NCBI GenBank assembly: GCA_004764695.1 | Contig: SMSO01000034.1 | Location: 1,488,001 to 1,552,000 of the forward strand | From: Schizochytrium sp. TIO01 | Taxonomy: Eukaryota > Protista > Bigyra: Labyrinthulomycetes | Length of the DNA stretch: 64,000 nt | Direction: 5' to 3' | The notes under the pieces: generated by a model | Database searches by the model: none | Told to the model about the DNA's origin: nothing | What the model saw: the letters and a program-made list of their open reading frames with translations, nothing else | Part shown: in pieces, positions 9,196 to 21,771 of the stretch | Layout: every line of letters begins with the position of its first letter | How positions within the stretch are numbered: position 1 is the stretch's first letter | Program-made: the position numbers and the translations under genes

Positions 9196-12100
9196 CTTGG
9201 GTAAAAACCCAAGCCCTATCAATCATTCCTTACTCGAACAGTAAGCGGCAAGCGTGTGCAATCATTCTTGATTAAAACGATCAGTATTCTCCCCTCCCCC
9301 TCCCCCTCCTCCTAATTCCGGTGTGTAAATTATTGCGATCTCAAAAGGCTAGGGAGGTACCTTTATACTTTACTACGACGCCTCAAGACATGTAGACACA
9401 TGTACACAGGAGGTGGTCCAAGGGCTGCTTGGGCGCGTGGTCAGATCTTGATTCTTGGTGATGCGGCATGAACAAGGATACTAGGATCATATTCTAGTTT
9501 TAATGCCCCGCCCCTTCCGCTATCAGGGGTTAAAGTAAGACCAAGATACGGGGTTTCGCAGCACACGCGTGGCACGAAAAGGGTATACACTCAAATCCTC
9601 GCGCATGCATGCCAAGTCATGAACCTGAAGAAAAGCAATTACATAATCATGGTGAAGGGAAAACCCGGCCCCGCTCGCACACTCTGCTCCTGCTTCCTTG
9701 AACTACTCGCTTTTATTGAGCCTAGTTTAGAAATTCAACAGCCTTCTACGGTAATTTATTTTCTACAAGATTGATGTTATGATGACCAGATGCATCTTTA
9801 TTCCTTCAACCTGAAGGTGATTGGCCATAACGAATCGAAGGTGAAGTGACAGACTCTTCTTGCCTTTGCTTGTTGCCAGGAAAAGGAGCAACTTCATGAA
9901 ATGGCACGAAACATACCTGATCTTTCAAACACGATAAACAAGATTTACTAAAACGGCCAAAGTTTTACTATTTTGATTTGTTCAGGCAGACCACCACAAT
10001 TATCGCGACGCACATTCGATTTACGAAAATGTAGGTTTTGCCAAAGCCACTAACAAAGGCTGTATCAGTGTGAACCTTAGCTACCCGCGGCTTGTTTGAT
10101 TTTCTTCATCCACTGGTGTGAAAACAACTCAATTGCCTAAGACTCCAATCATGATAACTAAGGGCCCGAAGGTTGCTGCTGAAGACGAATTGCTTGAAGG
10201 CCCGCATGAATTAATTTGACAGCTCGCAGCTATCGTTTGCAACTCAATATCTCACTACTTTACAAAGCAGAACCTGGTCATGTACATTCTTATCTCTTTC
10301 GAGTACTGATAGGTTACTATTAAGTAAGAAGTCAGCAGCTATTCTCAGTTCGCAATACGAGATAAGCAGGCTTTCTTAAAAGTAGTTCAGAGGAGTCATG
10401 TCTGAATACAGTGAGTCTAAGTCTTAGTTTATTGTTTAAAAAAAAAAAGGAATCGCGGTAAGGGCGAAACTGCAGCACAGATTAGTTGCAGCCGTCGAGC
10501 CATCCAAAATACCTTCATATCGACTTATCAGTCCTTTGCCATCTTCTCTGCAGAAGAGGTGACCCCCCTTGAAGACTCTCAAGTCTACAGCATATTTAGC
10601 GTGCCAGGTTGTTTTCAAGGTGACCCCTAACCTTTTCATAAAGAAGAGAAGGACAAATCAGCTCAACTGATCCTAAACATTACTAGTAGGTACACTACGT
10701 ACGATTTATTCCACCACGTTTGTGGCAAAACTCTGTTGGCATCATCGGACTCGACATATGAACAAATGATAAAACTTTAAGTATTTCTTTAAATTTGTTA
10801 AGATTTAACAATTATAAATGTAGGAAGGCCGTCAGCAACAGTCGTAACTGATTTGATATTACCCTTGCCAGCCAACGAGCTTTTTTTCAAAAGCTGTCAC
10901 AGCTCATGACGAATTGACGATAATTGCTTTGGTTGTTGAAGAAAGTTTTACAAAAGAAAAGATCTACTACATGTTCTACATAAAGGTTTCACTTCATTTC
11001 ATTTTTTTACTCTTTTTTTATTAAATCAACTAAACTATAAAAGAATGTTTGAAAAGTCCCATGGCTTTTAGTATGGTAGGTAGTAGTAGCACTGAAAATA
11101 GAATCCAAACGTTCAGAAAGCCCTTCTCCACGTGCAGGGAATGGCTTTTGATTACCACTGAGCTTAGAATAAATAAATTAAGGGGTGCAGGTTATAAGTA
11201 ATCGGAGTTGTGCAAGGTGTGTGATTTGTGATGATGTCCTCTGAAGTTTCTAAGTCTGCGCTGGAGAATCAGCGGACTTGATATTCAATGTGTCCGAGGA
11301 GGAACTCGAACAGCAAGAGTCAGCTAATGACCTCACAGCGACATGAAACGTGATTGCTTGGTAAGGCGAAAATGACGAAATTGAAACACCGTTGGATATT
11401 TGCTTACTTCCCGCCGGGGAGAGGAAATCTCACGCCCACAGCTAGCACACCCAGTCCACCTTGAGAGCTAAGACTGTTAAAACCATGATCGCGTCGTGAA
11501 AACTTAAAACCTGGAAACAAACGCTTCAGTCTTGCGAAAGCTCACCCTGGACTTGTTTGCGCACGTTCAAGCTTGTCAACCTACATGCTGCAATGATACA
11601 GTGAATGCTGGATTGTAGAGTGACCAGCCAATGATATGAATTTACATATTTAATTTTTAAATTAATAAAACTTTAATTTTAACATATCTAAAGTAGTATT
11701 TAGATATATTTGATATACATACATATTATAAAAAGAGTTTTCGAAAGAATTTATTTTACATCATGGATGTTAAGGTCTAAGTTTTTCTGGAGAGATACCC
11801 TCAAGACAAGAACTGGAGGGGCATTAACTTTGTGTGCCTGATAATATTTGATGTGTGCCACCGTTTAAACTCTGTTTTGTCTGCCAGGCAGAATAAGTAC
11901 GAGGTGTTATTTTGTATAACGACTTTTTTCTTCTTCATTCCAATTTATTGTTAATTGTTTTGTTTTTTAATACTTCATAAGAACTTGGACCTGCAACACT
12001 CAAAAGTGAAAGAATCCATTTTTGTAGTGTCTGTCTTTTTTCTTTCCTATTTTTTAAAGTTAGCTTATTATCTCCTCTCTTTAACTTTTCTCTTGTTGGA

Positions 12101-15100
12101 AGGATTAGGAAGGCTCTGTGAATCTCTGAGTCCCTTACTGGTAAAAAGAAATTGAGAGCTCATTCGTAAGTTCCGAAGACATCCCATGTGAAGAAGGAGT
12201 GAGTCCCTTCAAATTGGCGTGTGGCCCAAATCCTCCGTGCCCGTTGCCCACTGCCAATCGTAATCCAAGGTGGGTAAGGCATGATTGGTAGCCGTGGAAT
12301 TGCCGTCATGCTCCATCATTGCTCATCGTGATTCTAAAGTAATTAGGTTCTTCAACTTGAAGTTGACACTCGTAAAGCTGCTGAAGTATTATAATAGAGT
12401 ATAATAGTTTCTGAGATGCATTGCAGATTTAATGCCCAGTGAGTAAGTCGGGCGACGGGAACAAAGCATGGTACCGCTCGATAGAACTGCGCAAACGCCT
12501 TTATATGGCTATCCGCAAGCCTATTCCAGCTGGAAACTTTATGAATGGAAATGAATGTGAAGTGTTCTGCGATGGCCTGAGCACTGCAACTAGTAGTCTA
12601 GAATCCACTACCGACCTCTAGATAATTTACAACGTCATCGTTTTGCATACTTCAGAACTGTACCTACTACCAACCTCCCTTGTAGAAGCAGTGGGTAGGT
12701 GGTACCCAGTAGAACATGAGAATGAGAGAATGTAGCCACATACTATCTCCCACCATCGTCCCCCGCTCAACACCAGAATCAACCTTTAACGCAGGATTGG
12801 CAATTGCAACCAGCCAAAAGTCGACCGTCACTACCCGGAAATTGAGGTTGAGAAACTGCAGTGAGTGGTCTAAGGAACTCAGGATATACCACGCTTACTT
12901 TCCAGGATCTGCCGGGGATAAGTAAAAGGAGGTGATGTTGCAAAAACTGTCTCGTATAGGCAACTTGAGCTCAATAAGTGAGACTTTTCTTTTCGTTTGT
13001 TGATGCTACCCTTGCAGGTAGATGGAGGTAGTAGAACTGTGCAACGCAGGCTGTAGCGTTCTGTGACCTGAATTGCTTGCGAATGGTTGGAGAAGAACCT
13101 GATTTCTTATTGTCAAATTACAAACTACAAATGCAACTTGATGCAACATTGTCGTGACCATGTTTAAACTAGTTCTACCTTATAGCGATTTGTCCTTTCC
13201 ACTTCTTCTACTAAATATTTAAGTGTAGTAGTACCATGTTTACTTTTGTGGATAGGTTGGCGCACGAGGGAGTCGTATTTGGCGTATTATGTGTATAAAA
13301 CGCTCCTTGCAAAGTTCTCTACGGTTCTTAATCTTAACGAGATACTTGTTAAGTAATCTTGAGATCGCAGATGCCTTTAGATTATATCGGAGGGATAGTA
13401 ATTTAAGGATATCAATAGCTGATAATCCACATTTCATTTGAAAATGTGAAATATCTTCTTCGCCATTCATTCAAATATATACCTTACCTACCTACCTACG
13501 TAGGGACCATCACTTCACAAAAATAAAGATTTACGTTTACAATGAGCCAACCCACTTGAACCAACAGAATCCTCAATATAGCAACACGACTAGTATTTCA
13601 GGTAGTGAGTATTATGAGAAGGTCTGCACCCTCTCGACGTGTGCGATATCTGGAAGCTTAGATTCGCCCACCCTGGCCAAGCTGCGCAGATGCTAGGAAG
13701 CCACTCGCAGGTATCCTATTTTCGGCAGGAAGCTTGTCCAATTAGAGCAATTGAAGTATAGCGTGTACCTTAATACTAGGTTGGAAATTACGCACGCAAT
13801 GCTTTTTATTAGACTTACATGACGGACCGAAAATCTCCCAATGCTGACCCGCAGCTCAAAGAACCCTTGTCTTGGGTCATTGCAGAAGATCCAATGAATG
13901 AGATTATTTCGCCAATGCAATTCTTCCCCTTGAAACCTTTTTTTAGATTGATCAAGCCTTATGGGCTTTGGAAAGCTTTGCAAGCCTGGCGATGATCTAG
14001 CTTGTCTTTTAACAGTTAACTGATCAGCTGACCAATAGCTTTAAATTTATTATACTGAACCATCGGCGTTTGCATATAACTCAACCTCGAGTAATTACCT
14101 CACGTCTCACTCGTGCAAGCCCAACAGATAGAGCTATATTTTGAATTATTAGAGAGCCTGATGATAAAATTTTTCTCTTGGCATTTTACTGAGCATGTTT
14201 ATCTCTTGTGACCTCAAATGAATAATTGAACTCATCAGAAATGGCTTGGATGGGTGGGCATGTCTCACATTTGCGAATCCCTGCCAGAGACTTCTTTAAC
14301 TAACTCCTGGTTTCCCTAAACACACAGAAAACTATACATAAACAGTATTCATAAAAATAGAGAGTGGAAATTATGGCATATCAGTTTTGGATACTGTTTA
14401 AATGATTTGGGCTTAAACCAGTTCATTCACCTTGACCAGATGGCAGCTTAAGCGTTGAGACACATACAGCAAAATTTAGAGCTTGGTATAGTACTACTAC
14501 GTTGCTCAAAAGACATTCTAAGTCATTGTATCTATAATATAGACGCCATGGATATTTTCTACTTTCTAGCTGCTCATTCAGATATCTTTGTTTCTCAATA
14601 CAAACGTTGAAAGTTTTCCTATTTGCTCGACATCCGTTTATTCCAGATCATGACCCGCCATTCTCTAATTCAGAGGAGTTCTGATGTGACTCACATAATC
14701 TCAGAATCGAACTTAACAATCTGCCCAGCAGAGGCATCTCTGAGAAACTGCTATTTGCTGTCGGAATTCTAAATCTTATTAATCAACTCCAAAGATGTCT
14801 GCGCAAAATGTATAACAAATCACAATTTGCTCCATCAAGGTACATTGAGAAACGTGTGGCGTCGACCCACCTCGAAATATTCGATCTAAGGACAAATGTT
14901 TACCCACCATTGCAAGGAACAGAATGGTTAATATATAAAGCAGACAATTCCCTAAGACATGAGTTAAACAGTGCAATATCTGCTAAACCCTCGCATCCCG
15001 AAAAGGGCAGATTCTTTGCTCATTCATGCACAGAGGAGACAAACATAATTTATTCAAATATAAATGTCCGTCTCATTCCAATTTTCGCCCCTCTTCATCC

Positions 15101-16461
15101 AACTTTATTAAGCTTGAAGGCGGAGGACGGTTCTTCAAGAATTACGTCTATATTGCATTCCTACAACCTGATACCCCCGCTTCGTTTAAAATAAAACTGC
15201 ACCAGCAAACCTCCATGATGCTCATCTAAATTCTTCCATGGAGCAGGAAAAGGTACTCCGTTGTCATAAGCCGTTTGTCCAAACGCTCCTAGCTAGCAGC
15301 TTGAGCATGCGACCAAACTTCGCGATGGTTAATTTAGGACACTCATTCACAACAAGGAAATCTGCCGTACAGTAGTTTCGGAAGAACCTATATCTCTCAA
15401 TCACATAGCCAGCATCACCATACCCAGAATCGATTCTTGCCCCATGCCACGAGTTCCGAACCACGGCACCGATTCGCAAGAACGGTCCCCATCCCATACA
15501 ACAGCTCAATTCCATGAAATTACAGCAGTTTGAGCTTAGAACCTTCATTTAACAGCAACTTGTGCCCTTGACTCTGCCTTTACTCCATCATCTGCATTTA
15601 GGTTTGCAAGTCACCACCCAGCAACCGAAACCATACATACATGTTGAAAACCATCATTGACAGAGTCCTCGTTATCTTCAAGCACCTAGGGAAGAATAGT
15701 GAGATTGGCGAATCGTTTCTTTAATAGCCAGAGCATCGAAGAAACGCCTTCTAGATAGACCACTTTCGGAGGTATTTTAAACCACTTTCGGAACCGCCAG
15801 CGCGCGCCTCGAAGTCTTGAAATCTAAAGCAGACTCGATTCCAGGCGCGCGCGACTCAATATCAGGCACGCGAGGCGAAGCAGCGAGGGTCTTGGCCTTC
15901 AGGAAGCCAGCCGCCCAACGGCCAGATCCATAAATAGCTTCAGGCGGACGAAGTTCTTGTGCGTCCCGCGTTCATTAGCAAGCAAATATATTCATTCTTC
16001 TGCAGACCACTTCACAGCAGCTCCGCGGGTCCAGAGTCAGCAAAGCAACAACAGGGGAGAATAACAACCGGCTTGACCAGCTGAGTTGCAGGACTTGGTA
16101 GGGAATCCTCGAGCTTGAGAACAACGGAATTTTGGGAATTATCTAGACTCAAGAAAGCCGTCGTCAACCTCAATCGCAAACCGACTTTCGTAACCGAGAC
16201 AAGTCTTGCTGTAGTAGATTACGAACACACTCTTTCTGACAAAGAGAAAAAGGAGACTTAGGGCCGATTTCTTATTGAAACAGACGTCAAACGCTTTGGA
16301 AGCGCAAAAGACCATCTGCTTTCTTACGTACCTACCTCGTTATCCATTCACCTAACGAGCAAGCTAATCGAGTATTGCGCGCCGAGGGATTGGACAATCA
16401 ATATATTATACCTATATTGTGCGAGCGTCAGTTCAACTTTGCCCCTTTCTAAGAGAGAAAA

Positions 16462-17085
16462 ATGGTGCGTCTTGGCTTTGACGGCGAAATGTCTGTCATC
16501 ACTGACGGTGTTTATGTAGGGCGCTACCGGGCAGCGCGCGATATGGCTTTTCTCAAGAAGCATGGCATCACACACATTGTTAACTGCGCAGCGTCTTCAT
16601 GCGAATCAATGTATCCCGCAGAGTTTACGTACCTTAATCTACCTCTGAAAGATGAGCCTGCCTCTGAAGAGCAGCTTCACCTGCCCCTTACTCCGCTTGC
16701 TAGATTCATCCCCTCCGCATCCTTCTTTATTCAGGATTGTCTTGACAATGGTGGTCGTGTCATGGTCCACTGCCGCAAAGGCATCTCACGCTCAGTTTCC
16801 ATCGTAGCTGGCTACCTCATGTACGAGCGTGGTGCAAGCCTGGTCGAAGCACTCACGTTGGTGCGGAGGCGTCGTAAGGTAGCTGACCCAAATGTCTGGT
16901 TTGTGGAGGATCTGAAGCTGTACCAAATGAAGCTGGAACTCGATCGATTCAATCGTTTTCGTGCCGCTGCAAACATCACTCGTCCAATTGTAGACGTTGG
17001 TCATCGTAAGCATCCGCACATTGGTCCGCAGACCTCGAACAACACTGCCCCTGCAACAGCAGAATCCTGTGTTGGGACGGCCTAG
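16462..17085 (+). CDS. Dual-specificity protein phosphatase (atypical DUSP)
   Basis: Motifs GVYVG, GITHIVNCA, general-acid PLKD, catalytic VHCRKGISRS, AGYLM and DPNVWF. Confidence 0.95.
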   Translation: MVRLGFDGEMSVITDGVYVGRYRAARDMAFLKKHGITHIVNCAASSCESMYPAEFTYLNLPLKDEPASEEQLHLPLTPLARFIPSASFFIQDCLDNGGRVMVHCRKGISRSVSIVAGYLMYERGASLVEALTLVRRRRKVADPNVWFVEDLKLYQMKLELDRFNRFRAAANITRPIVDVGHRKHPHIGPQTSNNTAPATAESCVGTA

Positions 17086-17473
17086 GTCAATTATACCGTG
17101 TCTTTAATGCTGCTTGATTACTACTGGGGTGTACATGATATGAAATTTATCTCTTCAGAAGTCTTTGCGGTTTTGGTTGTATTAGTTTCCTTACGGAGGA
17201 AATATTCCTTGACAAAACCACTGTGAAAATGATGATACAATTAAATTAATTCATCAATTAAACAAACAAAAACCCAGGCCGAGATTGGCAGCATCACAGC
17301 ACATATAGCTTGATTACCCAAGTTGATGCTGTAGATCGCACCGACGTAAAAAACAAGTGAAACTCGACAAATTCCCTTTGCCCCTAGGTTTATTTCTAAA
17401 ATTTCTTTAAGCACGCATCAGTATCAAAAGTGCTGAGCGGACTCCATCCATAATCTTAGCGTTGGAGAAAACC

Positions 17474-17497
17474 TATATATATATATATATATATATA
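17474..17497. repeat. (TA)n microsatellite
   Basis: 12 TA units. Confidence 0.9.
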
Positions 17498-18081
17498 CAT
17501 GCTCTCCCCCCTCAAGACTCCTACAGCAGAAGTCCTAAATGCATGTACCTACCATCATTTTGGCATATGCTTACCCCAAAAGATAAATTGGAGATCACTA
17601 TTAATCATTGATTACCTAGTTGAACAAAAAAAAAACTACATGCAGGGATGCAAAGCATAGCTTCTGAATTTCTATAAATTATGCCAAAGCCTAGAGCTAT
17701 CAAGTTTTACCTTCTGCTTTGCCTGGTCTTGCAGGAAAACAATGCAACGTAGATCTATACTGACTAAACATATGACACATATACAGACACACTTTACTTT
17801 TTTAAAATCATTGCAATTTTTCATATGCTTGCTTTCGGGGTTTCATTATGTCTTGTTTATACAGCCATCTGTGTGAAATAGTTGAATAAGTCATAACCAT
17901 ATGCCATATATCGGTTCGTTCAATACGGGTACTTAGATGTTTTAATAGTCATCTACGACTATTTCTGCTCCTTATGTTGCAACTGCCGCAATAACTTTTT
18001 ATTGAAAGAGACAAAGAAACAGATTCGAAGTACAAGGCAGCAAGCTTTCGTTGAACGTCTGCAGCATTGCAGCTTGGGGCT

Positions 18082-19401
18082 ATGGAGGCTGACAATGGAG
18101 ACACTCGAAGCATTGGATTGCTATCTCCAGGCTGGACTGTGGCAGAGGTACCCTTCAGAGACGATGACGCAAGTATTGAGGATGATGGTGAAACTGGGTC
18201 CTCAAAGCTGTTCAGGTCTGAGTCCTGGGACGCCTCAATTGTATACGGAATCACAAAGCTTGATGAGGCGGGAGAAATCTCTGCATTGGAGGTTAGTGTA
18301 GACTGCATCGAGGTTCAAGGCTACGACTCAGACTCAGAGGTTTTCCTCGAACAACTTAATATGCTGTCCTTGAATGACCATGACAATGATAACGAGCTTT
18401 TGGAAAGCCACTTCCATGCTAATATTGAAGCCGCATCCAGAACGCAACCAAAAGGAATTTCGAACAAACTAGAAAGTGTCAAGGAAGATCCATTCACAAC
18501 TAGTAGACCACATGGCCAACAGAAGTTAAACAAAAAGAAAGAAGAGAAAGCACCTATCGCTGTCCTGAACCCGTTTATGGACCCAATGCGTGTTCATTTC
18601 CCTCCTTGGGAAGAAGTGTTTGCAGAGATCGTTTACGAGGATGACCCAGAAGATCTAATAAAGTCTTCTGGTGATCTGGATATGAGCATTGATTTGCTCT
18701 CTGCCTTGAATCCTGAAGGCTTGGAAAATGCAACTCCTGTAAAATGCATCAATCCGCCGCTAATGCGGAAAGAACACTTCGCCCTGGCATTAGAATCAAA
18801 TGCTCCCATTGCTCATCTCCGAACACCATTCATTGACAAGGTACCAGCCTCTGCAACTAAACGCGGGCAGATAGGTAATCGACGACCTCTCCCGGCTCTG
18901 CGGAAAGGGATGGATACTCCTTCGACACCCGGAGCATTCTTACTTCCAGACTCGCCTACGCACCACAAAGACACGAATCATCTTTGCATGGCAGATTTGT
19001 ATTCGCAGGCGCTTACTACGGACGTATCGTTGTGGCCAACACCCATCTCACATAATGATAGAAGCGACCGTCGTAATTTAGAACGCTCGCCTGCTTCATT
19101 TATGTCAGATGCTTCACCCATTCGAATGACAATCCCATCCCCTTCTCCATTCAAATACTCGTCTATGAGCGGTGGGGACACTACCAACAGTATGCCATCC
19201 CCACTGTCATTGCGAAGCACACCCACATCTCCAAACTCTCCCCGAGACCCCTTATCTTCATCCGATTCTGCTACGCAATGGAGCACCCCTGTAGGTGAAC
19301 GAGCTGGTGCTATTGTGTCGAGTGTGGAATCCTGTTTAGGACGTCAGCTAAAACATACCCCTGCTAGGCGTTATCCTCGTGACCTAGCCAGCCCATGGTA
19401 A
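18082..19401 (+). CDS. Hypothetical acidic and Ser/Pro-rich disordered protein
   Basis: 444-aa ORF; first ATG at 18082; many SP/TP dipeptides in the C-terminal half; no domain recognised. Confidence 0.7.
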   Translation: MEADNGDTRSIGLLSPGWTVAEVPFRDDDASIEDDGETGSSKLFRSESWDASIVYGITKLDEAGEISALEVSVDCIEVQGYDSDSEVFLEQLNMLSLNDHDNDNELLESHFHANIEAASRTQPKGISNKLESVKEDPFTTSRPHGQQKLNKKKEEKAPIAVLNPFMDPMRVHFPPWEEVFAEIVYEDDPEDLIKSSGDLDMSIDLLSALNPEGLENATPVKCINPPLMRKEHFALALESNAPIAHLRTPFIDKVPASATKRGQIGNRRPLPALRKGMDTPSTPGAFLLPDSPTHHKDTNHLCMADLYSQALTTDVSLWPTPISHNDRSDRRNLERSPASFMSDASPIRMTIPSPSPFKYSSMSGGDTTNSMPSPLSLRSTPTSPNSPRDPLSSSDSATQWSTPVGERAGAIVSSVESCLGRQLKHTPARRYPRDLASPW

Positions 19402-19900
19402 TAAAAGTAAACACAAAACTGCAGCGCGTGCAGAACAAGAAAACAGAAGTTTGCATATACATATCCATCCATCCCTTCATCAATCAGCATTAAGGATGAA
19501 AAATCTTGCTTCATAAAATAATTGACATACACAAATGACGACATCGCATTCGGCCTCATGCTGACCATGTATTTACAATACACATTTAGTTGGACAATAT
19601 ATTTCAAAATTAAATAAACTAATATGAATTGACTTACCAGTACAGAACATACTACATATCTCGTCAAATTACTTGATACCAAATGGACACTCTTCGCAAC
19701 AGCTAGCGAAATCAGTCTAGCTCTGAAAGTATATTACTCTACGCATGATGATGTTTTTTTGTTTTTGTTTTTTCTGTTTTTCAGTGTGAGGAAATGGATA
19801 AGCAAACAGCGCCATGGTAACGCAGTAAATTAAATCCATCGAAACTGATTGGACAACGAACCTGGAGAGAAATTAGAGAGAGAGAAAAAAAAAAAGAAGA

Positions 19901-20941
19901 TTACATAGACCCTTCATTCACAATAGACTCAAAGTCAACAATATAAGAAGCGATTACATCCAACTGGTTCATTGCTGCGATTCCCTTGCGAGAAAGCTCA
20001 TCACGAGGCTGATTTCTACTTTTAGAAGCAGTGCCTTCTCGGTCCTCTTTCGATTCCCCATTCGTTCCATCCTCCATGGAATCATGTTGTTGCTGTTGTT
20101 GCTGCTGTTCCTCGGAAGCTTGAAAATGCTTTAAAAAGTTTCCATGGGGCTTTGAGGTGCACCTTTGCAACAGGTTCTCAATTGCCATAAGTGCTTGTCC
20201 AATTTCCAAAGTCCGATCAGAGATGCTTCGAATCTGCCCATCGAGCTCATTCTGCATTCTTAAAGCCTCCGACTCAGCGGTCTCAAGGCGTTTTTGCATG
20301 CTTGCAATCTCATTGTTAAAATTAAGAATTTCGTTCGTCTGTTCCTTTGTATAGTGCACATACTCTGCTCGTTTTGTCTCGTTGGAGTCTTCATATGTCT
20401 GTAAACGCTCTTTCAAATCCGTGTTTGCATCCTTCAATGTTTTATATCGATTCAATAGATCACCAACCTCTGGATAGTCCTCTGGCATCACTTCCTGGAC
20501 AGTTTCCAGGTAACGCTGGTATTTTATATTGCTACCTACTATTTCATCAAGTTCATCACATTGTTTCCGCATTTCATAAAGTTCGCTCTCAAGCTTTCCA
20601 ATTTCACCTTCTTTGAATTTTCTTTGTTTAGCCTCCTCCTGAGCGCGTTTGTCTGCGCGGTTTCTCTTGGATTCGTTTTCCTGCAAGAATTTATTGAATT
20701 TGATTAAAGATTCTTGAAGTTCAAGATCCTTCTTTCGAAGGCCCTCCTCACGTCGATGGAATGCCTCTTCACGCCTTGCGAATTCCTCCTTTTGTGCGTC
20801 AAGCGCTTCTTGCACCTCGAACATTTGTCGACGTTTTTCTAAAAGGCGAGTGGCAGGTGACACATGTTCAAGGACAAGAGCTTGAGGTACTTGTGCCTGC
20901 GTAGCTTCATCATTTCCATCGCTCTTTCCGTGCTTGCGCAT
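19901..20941 (-). CDS. CFAP73: Cilia/flagella-associated coiled-coil protein CFAP73/CCDC42 (DUF4200)
   Basis: Signature SPATRLLEKRRQMFEVQEALDAQKEEF...ELQESLIKFNKFLQENESKRNRA...YQRYLETV...DLLNRYKTL. First ATG at 20941. Confidence 0.85.
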   Translation of the reverse strand: MRKHGKSDGNDEATQAQVPQALVLEHVSPATRLLEKRRQMFEVQEALDAQKEEFARREEAFHRREEGLRKKDLELQESLIKFNKFLQENESKRNRADKRAQEEAKQRKFKEGEIGKLESELYEMRKQCDELDEIVGSNIKYQRYLETVQEVMPEDYPEVGDLLNRYKTLKDANTDLKERLQTYEDSNETKRAEYVHYTKEQTNEILNFNNEIASMQKRLETAESEALRMQNELDGQIRSISDRTLEIGQALMAIENLLQRCTSKPHGNFLKHFQASEEQQQQQQQHDSMEDGTNGESKEDREGTASKSRNQPRDELSRKGIAAMNQLDVIASYIVDFESIVNEGSM

Positions 20942-21771
20942 CTTTTCTAATGTAGGTACCACCACTATGGATAAAGGTCTGATTATGGCTCTTTGGCTAT
21001 CCTCTGCAAAATAACCAACAAATTGCTCTAGTTCACGCTAAATAAGCTGCGCAGCACACATAAACTTGCCTCTCACGCAAGCCACAGCGGGGAGGTTTGC
21101 ACGCTCCTCAACCAAAACTTTTCTTGTCCAGGTCGAAAGTGGAGTCTGCACAAAAGCGACCAAAGCGTTCTCCAAGTTTGCTCAACAATCTCACGAAGCT
21201 ACAGCCACTCTCAATCCGGCACATGCCGTCCAATCGATATAAATTGAAGCACTGACTCTGCACAAAGAATTTCTTTTATTTAGAACCACAGCTAAAGATA
21301 ACGAGAAGATGTTTCTTTTTCTTTCTTTTTTGCGATTAAATTATATCCGTTGAACCGTTCTCTTTAGAACGTAAGATCTTTGCTGTGCACAAATACCATT
21401 AGATTATGTTGTGAATGAGAACCAGCCGAAAATGGCAACTAGAAAAGGCCGTACCAATTGAACGTGCTCTAGTGCGCGGAATATTCATATACTTGGAACG
21501 AAAGTCGCGGTGGTGGTGGTAGTGCCGCTGCTGCCGCTGCTGCCACCGAGTGCTATCTCGGCTCCGAAAAAACTGTATTAAGTGAATTTTAGAGTACAAT
21601 CATACCGACAAGTGAGGATTTAAACTGTTAAGAAGAGAACTTCAACTACAAGAACTTGCGCAATCCATTGTGGACGCGTGTAGCGACAAGGCTACCTGCT
21701 GTCAACCTTTCTTAGTCGTGCGATAATTTGGAAAGGTCGCCAGCATCGAGAAGGACCACAAACCGAGAAGT

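Noticed and set aside
14808-15548. 128-aa and 94-aa ORFs in the large intergenic region
   Set aside because: No motifs, atypical composition, and lengths compatible with chance.
19809-19821. X-box-like GCCATGGTAAC near CFAP73
   Set aside because: It lies 3' of both flanking genes, is only a partial match, and RFX factors are not expected in this lineage.
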